Source: Acidobacteriota bacterium (lineage in GTDB: Bacteria > Acidobacteriota > Vicinamibacteria > Fen-336). Taken from it: 34,427 bases of DNA. Below are positions 33,843 through 34,427 of the stretch, piece by piece. The position numbers and the translations under genes were made by a program. Location: the NCBI GenBank assembly GCA_003222295.1, contig QHVP01000038.1:4916-39342 (forward strand), in the 5' to 3' direction. The first letter of the stretch is position 1. Every line of letters begins with the position of its first letter. Under the pieces are notes generated by a model. It made no database searches and had not been told where the DNA came from. It saw only the letters and a program-made list of their open reading frames with translations.

Positions 33843-34427
33843 TCACACCGCCTCCGTATCCGAGCCGATCAGGTACTGGTAGACCGCCCCCACGTCGTCG
33901 TCCGCGGGTGAGACCGCTTCCAGCTCGATCTCGCTCTCGAGCACGATGCGGTTGAGCTGGCGATGGAAGGCCGCGGCATCGCGGGTGCGCACGAGCAGGC
34001 CCTTGCCGTCGGGGTGGATCCGCACCTCGACCACGTGATCGGCGGCGAACAGGCCCGCGGCCAGCGCGTGCGGGCGGTTGCAGCGGACCAGCATCTGCAT
34101 CGGGTGATCGGTGACCTCGGTGCGGACGTCGTGGATCTGTCCTTCGGCCACCACGTAGCCGTGGCTGAGCAGGACCACGTGGTCGGACACGCGGTCCACC
34201 TCGTGGAGGATCTGGCTCGAGATCACCACGTGCAGTCCTTCGCGCGCGAGCCCCTGGAAGAGGGCCAGGCATTCGGCGCGGGCCATGGGGTCGAGACCGT
34301 TGAGCGGCTCGTCCAGGACCAGCACCTCCGGCCGGTGGCTCAGGGCCAGGGCCAGGCGGATGCGCTGCCGCATCCCCTTGCTGTAGGCGCCGATCTTGCG
34401 ATCGGCGGCATCGAGCATGCCGACGCG
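33843..34427 (-). CDS. ABC transporter ATP-binding protein (5'-partial; N-terminus beyond window end)
   Basis: Signature-like [15 protein letters not shown], Walker [13 protein letters not shown] and H-loop region [11 protein letters not shown]. The frame is open to nt 34427, and the Walker A motif is outside the window. Confidence 0.85.
   Translation of the reverse strand, partial: RVGMLDAADRKIGAYSKGMRQRIRLALALSHRPEVLVLDEPLNGLDPMARAECLALFQGLAREGLHVVISSQILHEVDRVSDHVVLLSHGYVVAEGQIHDVRTEVTDHPMQMLVRCNRPHALAAGLFAADHVVEVRIHPDGKGLLVRTRDAAAFHRQLNRIVLESEIELEAVSPADDDVGAVYQYLIGSDTEAV

Noticed and set aside
1-34427. Search for CRISPR arrays, tandem repeats, tRNA/rRNA genes, integrases/transposases and terminal inverted repeats flanking the low-GC insert
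   Set aside because: No regularly spaced direct repeats, no tRNA-like T-loop/acceptor patterns, and no recombinase-like ORFs were seen by eye on either strand. The only low-complexity stretches are Pro/Ala linkers within coding regions (20701-20780, 29101-29185). tRNAscan-SE and cmscan would be needed for certainty.

Overview
High-GC bacterial chromosomal window. Hand counts of sample 60-nt lines give about 68% G+C in ordinary genes. I call about 30 protein-coding genes and recognise no rRNA, tRNA, CRISPR array, integrase or transposase. The gene content suggests a soil Acidobacteriota/Gemmatimonadota-like organism (inference only): CarboxypepD_reg-type TonB-dependent receptor, DUF5916, DUF1579, GH172/DUF2961, Tat-exported TIM barrel, PQQ quinoprotein. 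In order the window holds: a 5'-partial SNF2 helicase coupled to a SWIM zinc-finger protein; a sulfatase; a lower-GC two-gene insert (small basic ORF plus a TIR/deoxyribosyltransferase-like-fold protein); a split NHEJ locus with an intact LigD polymerase-domain gene and a disrupted ligase gene; envelope and uptake genes (DUF5916 OMP, DUF1579, membrane protein, TonB-dependent receptor, MBL-fold lipoprotein); an RHH antitoxin with a 14-codon PemK/MazF toxin relic; a pectin-acetylesterase-family protein and a beta-propeller; a frameshifted B12-binding radical SAM gene followed by a tandem NTF2/SnoaL protein; a four-gene periplasmic cluster (dihaem cytochrome c, PQQ dehydrogenase, Tat TIM barrel, YVTN propeller lipoprotein); DUF2277; GH172; a FadL/PorV-like beta-barrel translationally coupled to a 706-aa secreted protein I cannot assign to any family; a DUF1111 dihaem oxidoreductase; a CdsA/dolichol-kinase-like membrane protein; and an ABC-2 permease plus a 5'-partial ABC ATPase. 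The best candidates for something undescribed are the OMP + 706-aa orphan pair and the low-GC insert at 4.6-5.5 kb. A recurring theme is five separate gene lesions or relics within about 13 kb, which are either real decay or assembly indels. Many long ORFs in the track are antisense or out-of-frame shadows typical of high-GC DNA, and I reject them.
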